Of a stretch of 20,872 nt of DNA, positions 7,710 to 15,767 are shown one piece after another. Each line of letters starts with the position of its first letter. The stretch's first letter is position 1. Origin of the DNA: Candidatus Aenigmatarchaeota archaeon (lineage in GTDB: Archaea > Aenigmatarchaeota > Aenigmatarchaeia > CG10238-14 > SCSR01); assembly GCA_038999725.1 (NCBI GenBank), contig JAWBWS010000006.1:1-20872 (forward strand), given 5' to 3'. Position numbers and translations under genes: made by a program. The notes beneath the pieces are model-generated. The model did not search any database, was not told the origin of the DNA, and saw only the letters and a list, made by a program, of their open reading frames with translations.

Positions 7710-9527
7710 ATGGGTTATATCCTCGGTGTTTCAACCGGAGCCTTTGGGGTTGCTGGTGCTGAAGAAAGGCCCCAGCTTGTAGGTCTCTTCAAGAAAGCTC
7801 AAGCTGGGATAACAAAAGGGGTGAATTTCGTTCAGCTAGATTTAGAATCTATTTCAGAATTTGAAGAGCCTGGGCTAGAAAAAAGGATGAAGGAAGATAT
7901 TAAAGGAAAACTGGGAATAGAATTTGGGATTCACAGCGAGACGAGAGCTTTTGGTGTTGAAGCCGCTGAGCTAGATTCTGCGATAAAGATGGAATATAAA
8001 AGGGCTCACGATAGGCTAATTTGGGTTTTAAAACATTCGAAAGATATAGGGGCAAAATATGTTCTAGTTCATTCTTCAGAATCGGAACCTTTTCATTTAT
8101 TGGAAAGGGTTTTGCAAGCATGTGATTTAGTCGATCCTGAAGGAAACTCCATGAGAGAATTCTTAACAAATAACAAGTGGCTTTTAAATTGGCTAATTAG
8201 TGGAAGCAAAGACGATAAATCAAGAGAAATAATAGAGATTTTGATGGATATTTGGAGGGAAAAGGGGAAAGAGAGGGGAAGAATAGAAAAAGAGGATGTT
8301 GAAAAAGTCTTTAAAGAAAGGGGCATAAAACCGCAAAATTTCTTCTGGTTAGAACTTTTGAGAGGAAGAACTCTGGAAGAATATTTGCAAGACAGAATAA
8401 TGAATAGAGTTCAAAGTTATGAGATACAAGTTGGGAAAAAATACACGGAGGCAGAGGCAGTAGAGCAAGCAATGATAGACGAAGGTATAAGAAGATTTTT
8501 GGAGATAACTTTTACTGAGATATTCGATTATGTTATTTCTCTTGTTAACTCGAGAGAGTTGCAGTACGGCCCGGAGAGATGGGCTTACTATTTCGTTGCA
8601 AAATGGATGGAAGAAAATAAAGATCCACTCTGGGAAAAAATAGTTAACGCAAGCATAAAATTCTTCGCAAAAAGGGATGGAAAGGGTGTAGAGGAGTGGA
8701 TGGAGAAAAAAGGTATAAGTCAAGAAAAACTTACAATCGAAGATGACAATTTCAGAACCATTTACGAGATTTGGGTTCCGGCTGTTTCAGCAAGATATAT
8801 TTTCGGTCATTTCTTTCCAAAAAAAGATGAATACAAGGATCCAAAGGAGTACTTGAGTGAAGATGGCATGATTTTTGCCTTGGAGTCACCGATGGGAGGG
8901 AGAGGAATAGAAGAATGGCTCAGGTTAGCCAATCCATATCAGTATTATTTTTTGGTTGAAGAAGCCAACAAACTAGCTGGTAAAAACATTTTTGCTGTTG
9001 CCATGGATTTTGAGCACATGTTGAGCTTAAGGATTGACCCACAAAAAGTCATAGAACTTTTGCCTGAAGATGGGGGGAAACATGTTAGAGTAATTCATGC
9101 AGGTTGGCCTTCGACTTTAGCGCCTGCTCATTTACCAATAGAAGTTGGATCGGATCAGCAAAAGTATTTGTATGAGATGTACTACAAGCTGAGACAGAAA
9201 GGTTTTGGCAAGTATAACGATTGTTACATAATTTTCGAGAGAGGTGGTCCAGAGAGCTTTCAGCAGTCTATAATTTCCTTGCAACTAATAATAGAGTTTT
9301 TGAAGAAGGACATACCACCTGAAAAGCTTATTGAACATCCCGAATTTTTCGGCATAGATGTAAAGCAAATCATGTCAGAAGAAAGACAAAAAACAATAAT
9401 AAGGGAACATGCTTTTGATCCTCTGAAGGGTTTGATAGCAGTGCCGGAAGAGACTCATGGCTTCCTTGGAAGAGCTGCTGTTGAGAAAGGAAAACCAGAA
9501 GAATGGAGAAGGGAGAGATACAGGTAA
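7710..9527 (+). CDS. TIM-barrel metalloenzyme of the endonuclease IV / xylose-isomerase-like superfamily with a large internal insertion (605 aa)
   Basis: Ordered metal-ligand motifs FGIHSE, VLVHSS, FALESP, AMDFEHM, RVIHAG, PAHLP, IIFERG. SD AGGTGA upstream. 8-bp spacer from the previous gene. Confidence 0.8.
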   Translation: MGYILGVSTGAFGVAGAEERPQLVGLFKKAQAGITKGVNFVQLDLESISEFEEPGLEKRMKEDIKGKLGIEFGIHSETRAFGVEAAELDSAIKMEYKRAHDRLIWVLKHSKDIGAKYVLVHSSESEPFHLLERVLQACDLVDPEGNSMREFLTNNKWLLNWLISGSKDDKSREIIEILMDIWREKGKERGRIEKEDVEKVFKERGIKPQNFFWLELLRGRTLEEYLQDRIMNRVQSYEIQVGKKYTEAEAVEQAMIDEGIRRFLEITFTEIFDYVISLVNSRELQYGPERWAYYFVAKWMEENKDPLWEKIVNASIKFFAKRDGKGVEEWMEKKGISQEKLTIEDDNFRTIYEIWVPAVSARYIFGHFFPKKDEYKDPKEYLSEDGMIFALESPMGGRGIEEWLRLANPYQYYFLVEEANKLAGKNIFAVAMDFEHMLSLRIDPQKVIELLPEDGGKHVRVIHAGWPSTLAPAHLPIEVGSDQQKYLYEMYYKLRQKGFGKYNDCYIIFERGGPESFQQSIISLQLIIEFLKKDIPPEKLIEHPEFFGIDVKQIMSEERQKTIIREHAFDPLKGLIAVPEETHGFLGRAAVEKGKPEEWRRERYR

Positions 9528-9557
9528 GAATTTAAGCCTTAAGGGGAAAGATAAATT

Positions 9558-10421
9558 ATGGTCATAGAAAATCTGGAAGAAGAATTAGAAGATGTTGAGT
9601 TAGCTAAGAAAGAGGAGCAAGAGCAAGCTGAGCTTCAGAGGAAAGTTATAGAGAAAACTGTTAAGTTTACAAATGAAGCTAGGAAACAGTATGGTAATTT
9701 GATCAAGGCAGTTGCGATTTTCGGTTCTGCTGCAAAAGGAACGATGAAGAAGGGGAGCGATGCTGATGTTTGGGTTATACTTGATGATACTGTAACCAAA
9801 AGCTCAGAAGATTTGAACAAAGTTAGCTCTCAACTTTACCTCATAGCTCACGAGCTGAAAGATTTACACATTCAAATCACTTTCCTCACAGAATTTTGGC
9901 AATTGATGAAAGCTGGTTCACCTGAGCTTGTCAACTTCCTAAGGTATAGCTTGCTGATTTACGACACAGGTTTTCTCAAGCCTGTTCAACGAATGCTTCA
10001 ACTAGGCTTGATACCACCAAGTGAAGAAACAATAAGCTTGAAAGCAAAAACAGCCGAAGCAAGATATGAGAAAGTAAAAATAGATATGAAGAGTATGATT
10101 TTTGATTTGAGATATGCTGCCACTGATGTAATTCAAGCTGTTGTCATGTATTACTATAAAGCTCAGCCAGACCAAAAAAGTATACCAGAATTTTTAGAGA
10201 AACTTGTGAAAGAGAAGAAACTTGAAGAAGAATACATAGAAAAATTCAAAGAGTTGGACAAACTCTGGAAAGACATCGAGCATAAAATTGTGAAAGATGT
10301 GGATGCCACCTATTTGGATAAAGCTCTAAAGCTTGCTAGAGAAATTATAGATAGGTTTAAGATTTTGCTTCCAGAAGAGTTTAAGCCAGAAATTGGAGAA
10401 ATTGGAGAGGGGGGTGAATGA
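9558..10421 (+). CDS. Pol-beta-type (MNT) nucleotidyltransferase fused to a HEPN-like helical domain (287 aa)
   Basis: AIFGSAAKG...GSDADVWVILDD (hG[GS]...DxD) and a C-terminal helical bundle with WKDIEH at the HEPN RxxxxH position. Confidence 0.88.
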   Translation: MVIENLEEELEDVELAKKEEQEQAELQRKVIEKTVKFTNEARKQYGNLIKAVAIFGSAAKGTMKKGSDADVWVILDDTVTKSSEDLNKVSSQLYLIAHELKDLHIQITFLTEFWQLMKAGSPELVNFLRYSLLIYDTGFLKPVQRMLQLGLIPPSEETISLKAKTAEARYEKVKIDMKSMIFDLRYAATDVIQAVVMYYYKAQPDQKSIPEFLEKLVKEKKLEEEYIEKFKELDKLWKDIEHKIVKDVDATYLDKALKLAREIIDRFKILLPEEFKPEIGEIGEGGE

Positions 10422-11551
10422 GTTTGGAGGAAAAGAAAGAAGAAAAGCCTGAGACAAGGGAGGAAAGGCTGAAGGAAGTGAAAGAATTTTCAAAGCAAGT
10501 TTTGGAAAAATATGGTAAATACATTAAATGCATAGTCATGATGGGAAGTGTTGCAAGAGATGAATTTAAACCAAAAAGCGATATTGACATTTTTGTTGTT
10601 TTAGATGATACAACTTCCGAAATCACACCAGAGCTTCAAGAAAAGATAGATGATGATTTGGAGAAAATTGCTGAAAAAATTTCTGACAAACTTTCAATTC
10701 AACCCAGCTACACTTTGACAGAATTCTGGGATTACGCGAGAGTTTGTCATCCCGTAATTTACAATTTCATTAAAGAAGGTATAGCTATTTACGACACAGG
10801 CTTTTTTACCCCAATAAAGAGGCTTCTTGAGATGGGAAGAATCCCAGCAACTAGGGAAGCGATAGAAAACTACATGGAAGGTGCTCCAAAGAAGCTAATG
10901 AGGGCAAAAACTGTTAAGTTGCTCATGCTTGCAGAAGATTGTTATTATGCTATGCTAAACACAGCTCAAGCTGTTTTGATGTTCATGGGTTTGGCCCCAC
11001 CAGTGCCAAGTAAAGCCTACGATGACGTCAAGAAATTTTTAGTTGAGCCTGGAATTTTGGAGCCAGAATATGCTGAATGGCTCAGAGAGATAATTGAAAT
11101 AAGGAAAAAAATAGAGCACAAAGAGCTTATGGATGTTGAAGGAAAGTTTGTTGACGAGTGGATAGGTAAAGCTGAGAAATTTGTGAATAAAATGTTTGGT
11201 TTGCTTAACGCTTTGGAGATAAGGAAGAGGGAAAAGATATTGGAAAGAACTTATGAAGTCATGCACAAAGCTGCAATAACTGCTCTCAAAAGCTTGAAGA
11301 AAATGCCCGAGAAAAAGGAAGATGTGCCAATAGTTTTTAAGAAAGAGTTTGTTGATTCAGGACTTATAGACCCTTACTATGCTGAAGTTTGGAACAAAAT
11401 AGTGAATATGAAAAAGCTTGTTGATGAGAAGAAGATAACAGAAATTCCTGATAAAGAGGTTTATGAGATGAGGGAGCATGTGAGAAGGCTCATCCATGAT
11501 TTAGCTAAAGTTTTGAAAGAAAAAGGAGTGGAAGAAGAAAAGGAGAGTTAG
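10418..11551 (+). CDS. MNT nucleotidyltransferase plus HEPN domain plus degenerate second HEPN-like repeat (377 aa); paralog of 9558-10421
   Basis: VMMGSVARD...KSDIDIFVVLDD, HEPN-like YYAMLNTAQAVL and RKKIEH (Rx4H). ATGA overlap with the upstream gene. Shared TEFW and IYDTGF blocks. Confidence 0.9.
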   Translation: MSLEEKKEEKPETREERLKEVKEFSKQVLEKYGKYIKCIVMMGSVARDEFKPKSDIDIFVVLDDTTSEITPELQEKIDDDLEKIAEKISDKLSIQPSYTLTEFWDYARVCHPVIYNFIKEGIAIYDTGFFTPIKRLLEMGRIPATREAIENYMEGAPKKLMRAKTVKLLMLAEDCYYAMLNTAQAVLMFMGLAPPVPSKAYDDVKKFLVEPGILEPEYAEWLREIIEIRKKIEHKELMDVEGKFVDEWIGKAEKFVNKMFGLLNALEIRKREKILERTYEVMHKAAITALKSLKKMPEKKEDVPIVFKKEFVDSGLIDPYYAEVWNKIVNMKKLVDEKKITEIPDKEVYEMREHVRRLIHDLAKVLKEKGVEEEKES

Positions 11552-11721
11552 AATTTGAATTCACCTCTTCTTATGACTAACTCACCATCAAAAAACACAG
11601 TTGGTTTGAGTAGAATGACATCTTCATGAATTTTACATTTTCTTATATTACCAAACCCACCAAAGGCTATGTGTGCCGAACCCAAAATTTTTTCATCGTG
11701 AATAATTTTTCCAATAAACTT
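11548..11721 (-). pseudogene. C-terminal remnant (57 codons) of an M29/AmpS-type (aminopeptidase T-like) metalloaminopeptidase
   Basis: Manual translation KFIGKIIHDEKILGSAHIAFGGFGNIRKCKIHEDVILLKPTVFFDGELVIRRGEFKF* matches the family C-terminal pattern DEK.LG..HIA.G...IH.D.....PT...DG. An in-frame TAG lies immediately upstream and the N-terminal bulk of the gene is absent. Confidence 0.75.
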
Positions 11722-11727
11722 CTATTT

Positions 11728-12315
11728 TCAATTCTCACACCTTTTTATCTCAACAATTTTTCCATTCGGTTTTTCTTCAGCAAAAATTTGCACCTTGAAC
11801 TTGAAAATTTTTGTTCTCTTATCATAAATGTAATCTGGAGTTAAACCAGCTTTGAAGCAAAGGTTCTCCAAAAATTCTTGTTTTGTTTTAAAGTGATCCC
11901 AAACTTGTGGCAAGAAGAGACCAGTAAAAGGCCCATTCTGTAATATCAAACCATCTTTGCCAGCTTCAATCTTTTCAAAATACTCTTTGGGATTTTTAAC
12001 TTCAATGAGCTCGGGTTCAGTTAAAATTGAGACTTCAAAAATCACCCTACTCAATTCTTCCCTTTCAAGAGGTTCAAACCTTGGGTCTTCGAAAGCAGCA
12101 GATATTGCAGCTTTCTGCACAGCTTCACCTAGGGGAAAGGTTGGATAAGGGAAGCCTATGCAACCTCTCAACTCTTTCTCAGGATAAGTCTCTATTGTTA
12201 CAAAAACCCCTTTCTTGATTTTAAAATCTTTGCTGAAATTTTTATCAACTTTTCTTGTCTCAACAGCTTTCCTTGCAATCTTTACAAGCTCTCTGCCTTG
12301 ATCTAAGCTCAACAT
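11728..12315 (-). CDS. AMMECR1-domain protein (TIGR00296/AmmeMemoRadiSam protein A family)
   Basis: GVFVTI, LRGCIG, AAFEDPRF, EVSILT, GLFLPQV and LCFKAG signature motifs. Confidence 0.95.
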   Translation of the reverse strand: MLSLDQGRELVKIARKAVETRKVDKNFSKDFKIKKGVFVTIETYPEKELRGCIGFPYPTFPLGEAVQKAAISAAFEDPRFEPLEREELSRVIFEVSILTEPELIEVKNPKEYFEKIEAGKDGLILQNGPFTGLFLPQVWDHFKTKQEFLENLCFKAGLTPDYIYDKRTKIFKFKVQIFAEEKPNGKIVEIKRCEN

Positions 12316-12377
12316 AGTTTAAAATTGGAATGTAAAAAGAATAAAAGCTTAAGTTATTCATGAACATATGTTTAATT

Positions 12378-12824
12378 ATGTTTGAGGGCCTTTTACAAAG
12401 ACTTTTTGCCTTTTCTTTAGAAGATATGGTGAGAAGAGAAGTTGCAAAAGAATGTGGGGTGAGTGAAGACCAACTACCAAAAATTGAGTATAAACCTTTA
12501 CCTTTCATAGCCAGAATAACAAGATATGGTAGAAAGATAATGGGGAAAATCGCTGGGGCGTATGACGCCATTAGAAATAAAATTTACATTGATCCTCTAG
12601 ACTATCTTTTTTTCAACACTTATGAAAAAATAAAGTTGCTGGCTGAAGAATTTTATCATGCCGCTGACAATTTGAAGGGAAAGTTGAAAAACAAGTACAA
12701 AAACTTTAAAGATTATTTTGAAAATTATCACAAGGATGAAGATGAAATCAGGGCCAAAGAAGGAGCAGAAAGGATAGCAAGGAGAATCCTAAAGAATTAC
12801 ACACCCCTCTCTTTTTATTTCTGA
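12378..12824 (+). CDS. Hypothetical protein, zincin-like fold with degenerate motif (EExxH)
   Basis: GAYDAIRNKIYID strand pair, then LLAEEFYHAAD where HExxH is expected, and downstream Y...EDEIRA. ATG at 12378 preferred over 12360. Confidence 0.7.
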   Translation: MFEGLLQRLFAFSLEDMVRREVAKECGVSEDQLPKIEYKPLPFIARITRYGRKIMGKIAGAYDAIRNKIYIDPLDYLFFNTYEKIKLLAEEFYHAADNLKGKLKNKYKNFKDYFENYHKDEDEIRAKEGAERIARRILKNYTPLSFYF

Positions 12825-12944
12825 TAAATTCTAAAACAAATTTTAATTCTTTTGGTACATTTGATTAACAAATCAAAACTGGAAGAGTTATTCTCACTTG
12901 AATTATGCTTAATTTTAAATTTTTATCTTTCAAACACTTACACG

Positions 12945-13883
12945 ATGCCAAGGCTACTATATCAAATTGTGGGAGATATTGAGTATAGAGATAGTGTGGA
13001 AAAAATTTTAGAAGAAGTGAAAAAAGATTTTTGTTTTGATGAAATTATCATTTCAGAAAATAAGAGAATAAGTGAAGACTTAGATTTCTATTATAATCAA
13101 TTGTCCTCTCTCTTCAAAAATGGAGAATGTGAAAAGTATGGTAGAAGAATTGTTAAATCGGTAGAAGAGGAAATTAAAAATATTGGAGACAGGAAAGTTG
13201 TTTTCTATTATCTGCCCGATAGAAGATTTTTGGAGTTGAAAGAACTTGAAGAGAAGTATTTTGTAGAATGGTTATTATCAGAAGCCATTCCATTAGAAAC
13301 TACAAACTCATTACCAAAAAGTAAAAAAGAAATAGAGATTGAGATTAAGAAAATGATGGATGAAATATTACAACTGCACGAAAGGGTGAAACAAAAATAT
13401 TTAAAAGAATTTTTAAGTTATAGGGAATACACAAGAGAAGAAATTTGTGGAAAAATCAAATCTTTGCCTGTATTTTTATCTATACCAGTAAAAACATTGC
13501 CATTTATATCAAAAAATGAGGAGATAAGCAAATATTACGATTGGTCTTATGCTCCATGTACAGTATGTTTTATCCCAGGAGACTCTAATCGCTTTTCTAT
13601 ACAAACTCTTCTTCCAACAATGCGGCATGAATTCAATCATACATTTAATTCTTTAACTACAAGAACAGAAGAAGGAAGAGAATTATTATCTCTTCTTTTT
13701 CCAAAGCAAGCAAGTTTAAACAGCTGTGCAGATGTGGTTAATTGTGTTGGTATAGATTTAGCATTTTATATGGAGGGCTGGTATGAACTGGGTAGGCATT
13801 GTAAGTTTTCAATAGAAGATTATCAAAGAGAAATAGGAGATTTATCAGTGAGAAGAATAAGAGGAATTTTAAAAAGTTTTTAA
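12945..13883 (+). CDS. Hypothetical protein with HExxH zinc-metalloprotease motif (312 aa)
   Basis: TMRHEFNHTF near the C-terminus followed by Cys residues (SCADVVNCVG, GRHC). ATG at 12945 lies about 25 nt after TTTTAAAT. The ORF-track start at 12852 is a TTG. Confidence 0.7.
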   Translation: MPRLLYQIVGDIEYRDSVEKILEEVKKDFCFDEIIISENKRISEDLDFYYNQLSSLFKNGECEKYGRRIVKSVEEEIKNIGDRKVVFYYLPDRRFLELKELEEKYFVEWLLSEAIPLETTNSLPKSKKEIEIEIKKMMDEILQLHERVKQKYLKEFLSYREYTREEICGKIKSLPVFLSIPVKTLPFISKNEEISKYYDWSYAPCTVCFIPGDSNRFSIQTLLPTMRHEFNHTFNSLTTRTEEGRELLSLLFPKQASLNSCADVVNCVGIDLAFYMEGWYELGRHCKFSIEDYQREIGDLSVRRIRGILKSF

Positions 13884-13934
13884 AGATTTTTCAAATGTGA
13901 AAATGCTAAATTTTGGGGGATGTAAACTAAAAAT

Positions 13935-14420
13935 ATGAAAATTTATACTTTGGGTCACAGCACAAGAAAATTTGAAGAATTCTTAGAAATTCTGAAGAGT
14001 TTTGGAATTGATTTGGTGCTGGATGTTAGGCTATGGCCTTCGAGCAAGAAGTTTCCTTGGTTTAACAAAGAGAATTTGGAAAAAGAATTGGCTAAAGAAA
14101 AAATTCAATATCTTCACTTTCCTGAGCTTGGCGGCTACAGGGAAGAGGGATATGAAGCTTTCAGCAAGAGCGAAGAGTTTTCCAAAGCTTTAAGTGAGCT
14201 TGTGAAATTGGTTGGTGGGAAAACTGTTTTAATACTTTGCGCTGAATTGTTATGGTGGCGCTGCCACCGGAGATACATCGCCAAAGCTTTAGTTGAAAGA
14301 GGAATAGAAGTAATCCACATTTTCGATAAAGAAAAAACACAAGAACACAAGCTAGAAGAAAAAGAAGTGGAGGAAAAAATGAAATTAAGACTTTGGTGCG
14401 ACAAAAAAGCAAAAAAATAA
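13935..14420 (+). CDS. DUF488 family protein
   Basis: IYTLGHSTR, LDVR..PSS, ELGG and LCAE...RCHRRYIA motifs. Confidence 0.92.
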   Translation: MKIYTLGHSTRKFEEFLEILKSFGIDLVLDVRLWPSSKKFPWFNKENLEKELAKEKIQYLHFPELGGYREEGYEAFSKSEEFSKALSELVKLVGGKTVLILCAELLWWRCHRRYIAKALVERGIEVIHIFDKEKTQEHKLEEKEVEEKMKLRLWCDKKAKK

Positions 14421-14439
14421 AAAGACGATTTTAAATATT

Positions 14440-15174
14440 ATGCTGGCTTTAATTTTCACCCTATTAGCAACTTTTTTAGTCAGTTTAATAGCTTTTATCG
14501 GTATCTTAACCTTTTCTTTAAAAAAACAACTGATGGATAAAATTTTATTGGTTCTCGTCTCTTTTTCAGCAGGGGTTTTGATGGGAAGTTCTTTCTTCCA
14601 TTTAATCATCGAATCTTCCGAATTTTTAACTTACCAAGATATTTCACTCTTCACCTTATTGGGATTTATGAGTTTTTTCCTTCTTGAAAATGTGATTCTT
14701 TGGCATCATTGCCACAGAGCGAAATGTAAAACACATAGTTTTGGTTATGTTAATCTTGTTGGTGACAGCATCCACAACTTTATAGATGGTTTAATTATAG
14801 CTACAAGCTTCCTCTCAAGTCTTAAGTTAGGTTTGGTTACAAGCTTGGCTGTAATTTTGCATGAAATTCCACAAGAAATTGGAGATTTTGGGATTTTGAT
14901 TTACGCGGGCTTCAACAAGAAGAAAGCTATCGTTCTCAATTTCCTTTCGGCTTTAATTGCAGTTCTTGGTGGTTTGGTTGGGTGTTTTTTACCTTTCGAA
15001 TGTATGCTCAAACTTTTACCTCCCTTTGTTGCAGGCGGCTTCATTTACATAGCAGCTAGCGATTTGATACCAGAAATAAGAGAAAGAAGAAAAGCGAAAA
15101 AATCTTTAGTGGAATTCGGGATTTTTCTGTTTGGAATTTTACTCATGTACGCTTTGGCTTTAATAAGCTTCTGA
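14440..15174 (+). CDS. ZIP family divalent metal (zinc) transporter
   Basis: Multiple TM helices, His-rich loop HHCH, GDSIHNFIDG, HEIPQEIGDFG, FIYIAASDLIPE. Confidence 0.95.
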   Translation: MLALIFTLLATFLVSLIAFIGILTFSLKKQLMDKILLVLVSFSAGVLMGSSFFHLIIESSEFLTYQDISLFTLLGFMSFFLLENVILWHHCHRAKCKTHSFGYVNLVGDSIHNFIDGLIIATSFLSSLKLGLVTSLAVILHEIPQEIGDFGILIYAGFNKKKAIVLNFLSALIAVLGGLVGCFLPFECMLKLLPPFVAGGFIYIAASDLIPEIRERRKAKKSLVEFGIFLFGILLMYALALISF

Positions 15175-15220
15175 GCTTTCCACCAGCCTAAATATTTAAA
15201 CTTTCTTCTCCAAACCTCTT

Positions 15221-15661
15221 ATGTTCAAAATGAATTTAAAAAAGTTAATAAGCCAGATAGTGGGAGAAAACCCAGAGTTTGAAAGATATTCTGATAAAGT
15301 TCATTTCTTCCCCTTTCCCTCTAATAAAGTTTTTGGAGGGTATGTGATACCTTTGGGTAGAATTTTTCTTTTTGGTAAATATGAAGAAAACACTTTAATT
15401 TTTTCAATAATTAGAGAGATGGAAATCATGAGTTTAAGAGATAGAGAAGGGATTTGGAGAGTAATCTACAACCTCTTTTTCAATAGACATGAAATAGAGA
15501 GAACGGCAACAAGAAAAGCAATTTCCCTACTCAAAAAAATGGGTAGAGATGATTACTTGAGATGGTTGAAAGAAATAGCTAGAAATTATAAAAAGTCACT
15601 CAACCCTTTTGAAAAATTGATTTATAAAACCAATTATGAGAATGCTTTGGATGAAAGATAA
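15221..15661 (+). CDS. Hypothetical protein (146 aa), possibly a catalytically dead zincin-like fold
   Basis: ATG about 20 nt after TTTAAA. GGYVIPLGRIFL strands, SIIREMEI at the HExxH position, and EIERTATRKA at the ExxAD position (weak). Confidence 0.7.
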   Translation: MFKMNLKKLISQIVGENPEFERYSDKVHFFPFPSNKVFGGYVIPLGRIFLFGKYEENTLIFSIIREMEIMSLRDREGIWRVIYNLFFNRHEIERTATRKAISLLKKMGRDDYLRWLKEIARNYKKSLNPFEKLIYKTNYENALDER

Positions 15662-15767
15662 TTCTATAGACAACTTCTGGTGAATTTAGGCTTTAATTGA
15701 TGAACATGAGCTTTTGTCAAATACAACTAAAGCTTTCAAGAGATTGAAAAGCTTAGGTCTAAGTCGC

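Noticed and set aside
7710..11551. Idea that the Endo IV-like protein and NTases supply the missing NHEJ end-processing and polymerase functions
   Set aside because: They are over 5 kb from ku in a separate divergent unit. The NTases are MNT-HEPN type, not PolX or AEP.
9558..11551. CBASS/cGAS-like cyclase or CCA-adding enzyme call
   Set aside because: No CD-NTase-like C-terminal architecture, no recognisable Cap effector and no archaeal CCA-enzyme domains. MNT plus HEPN fits better.
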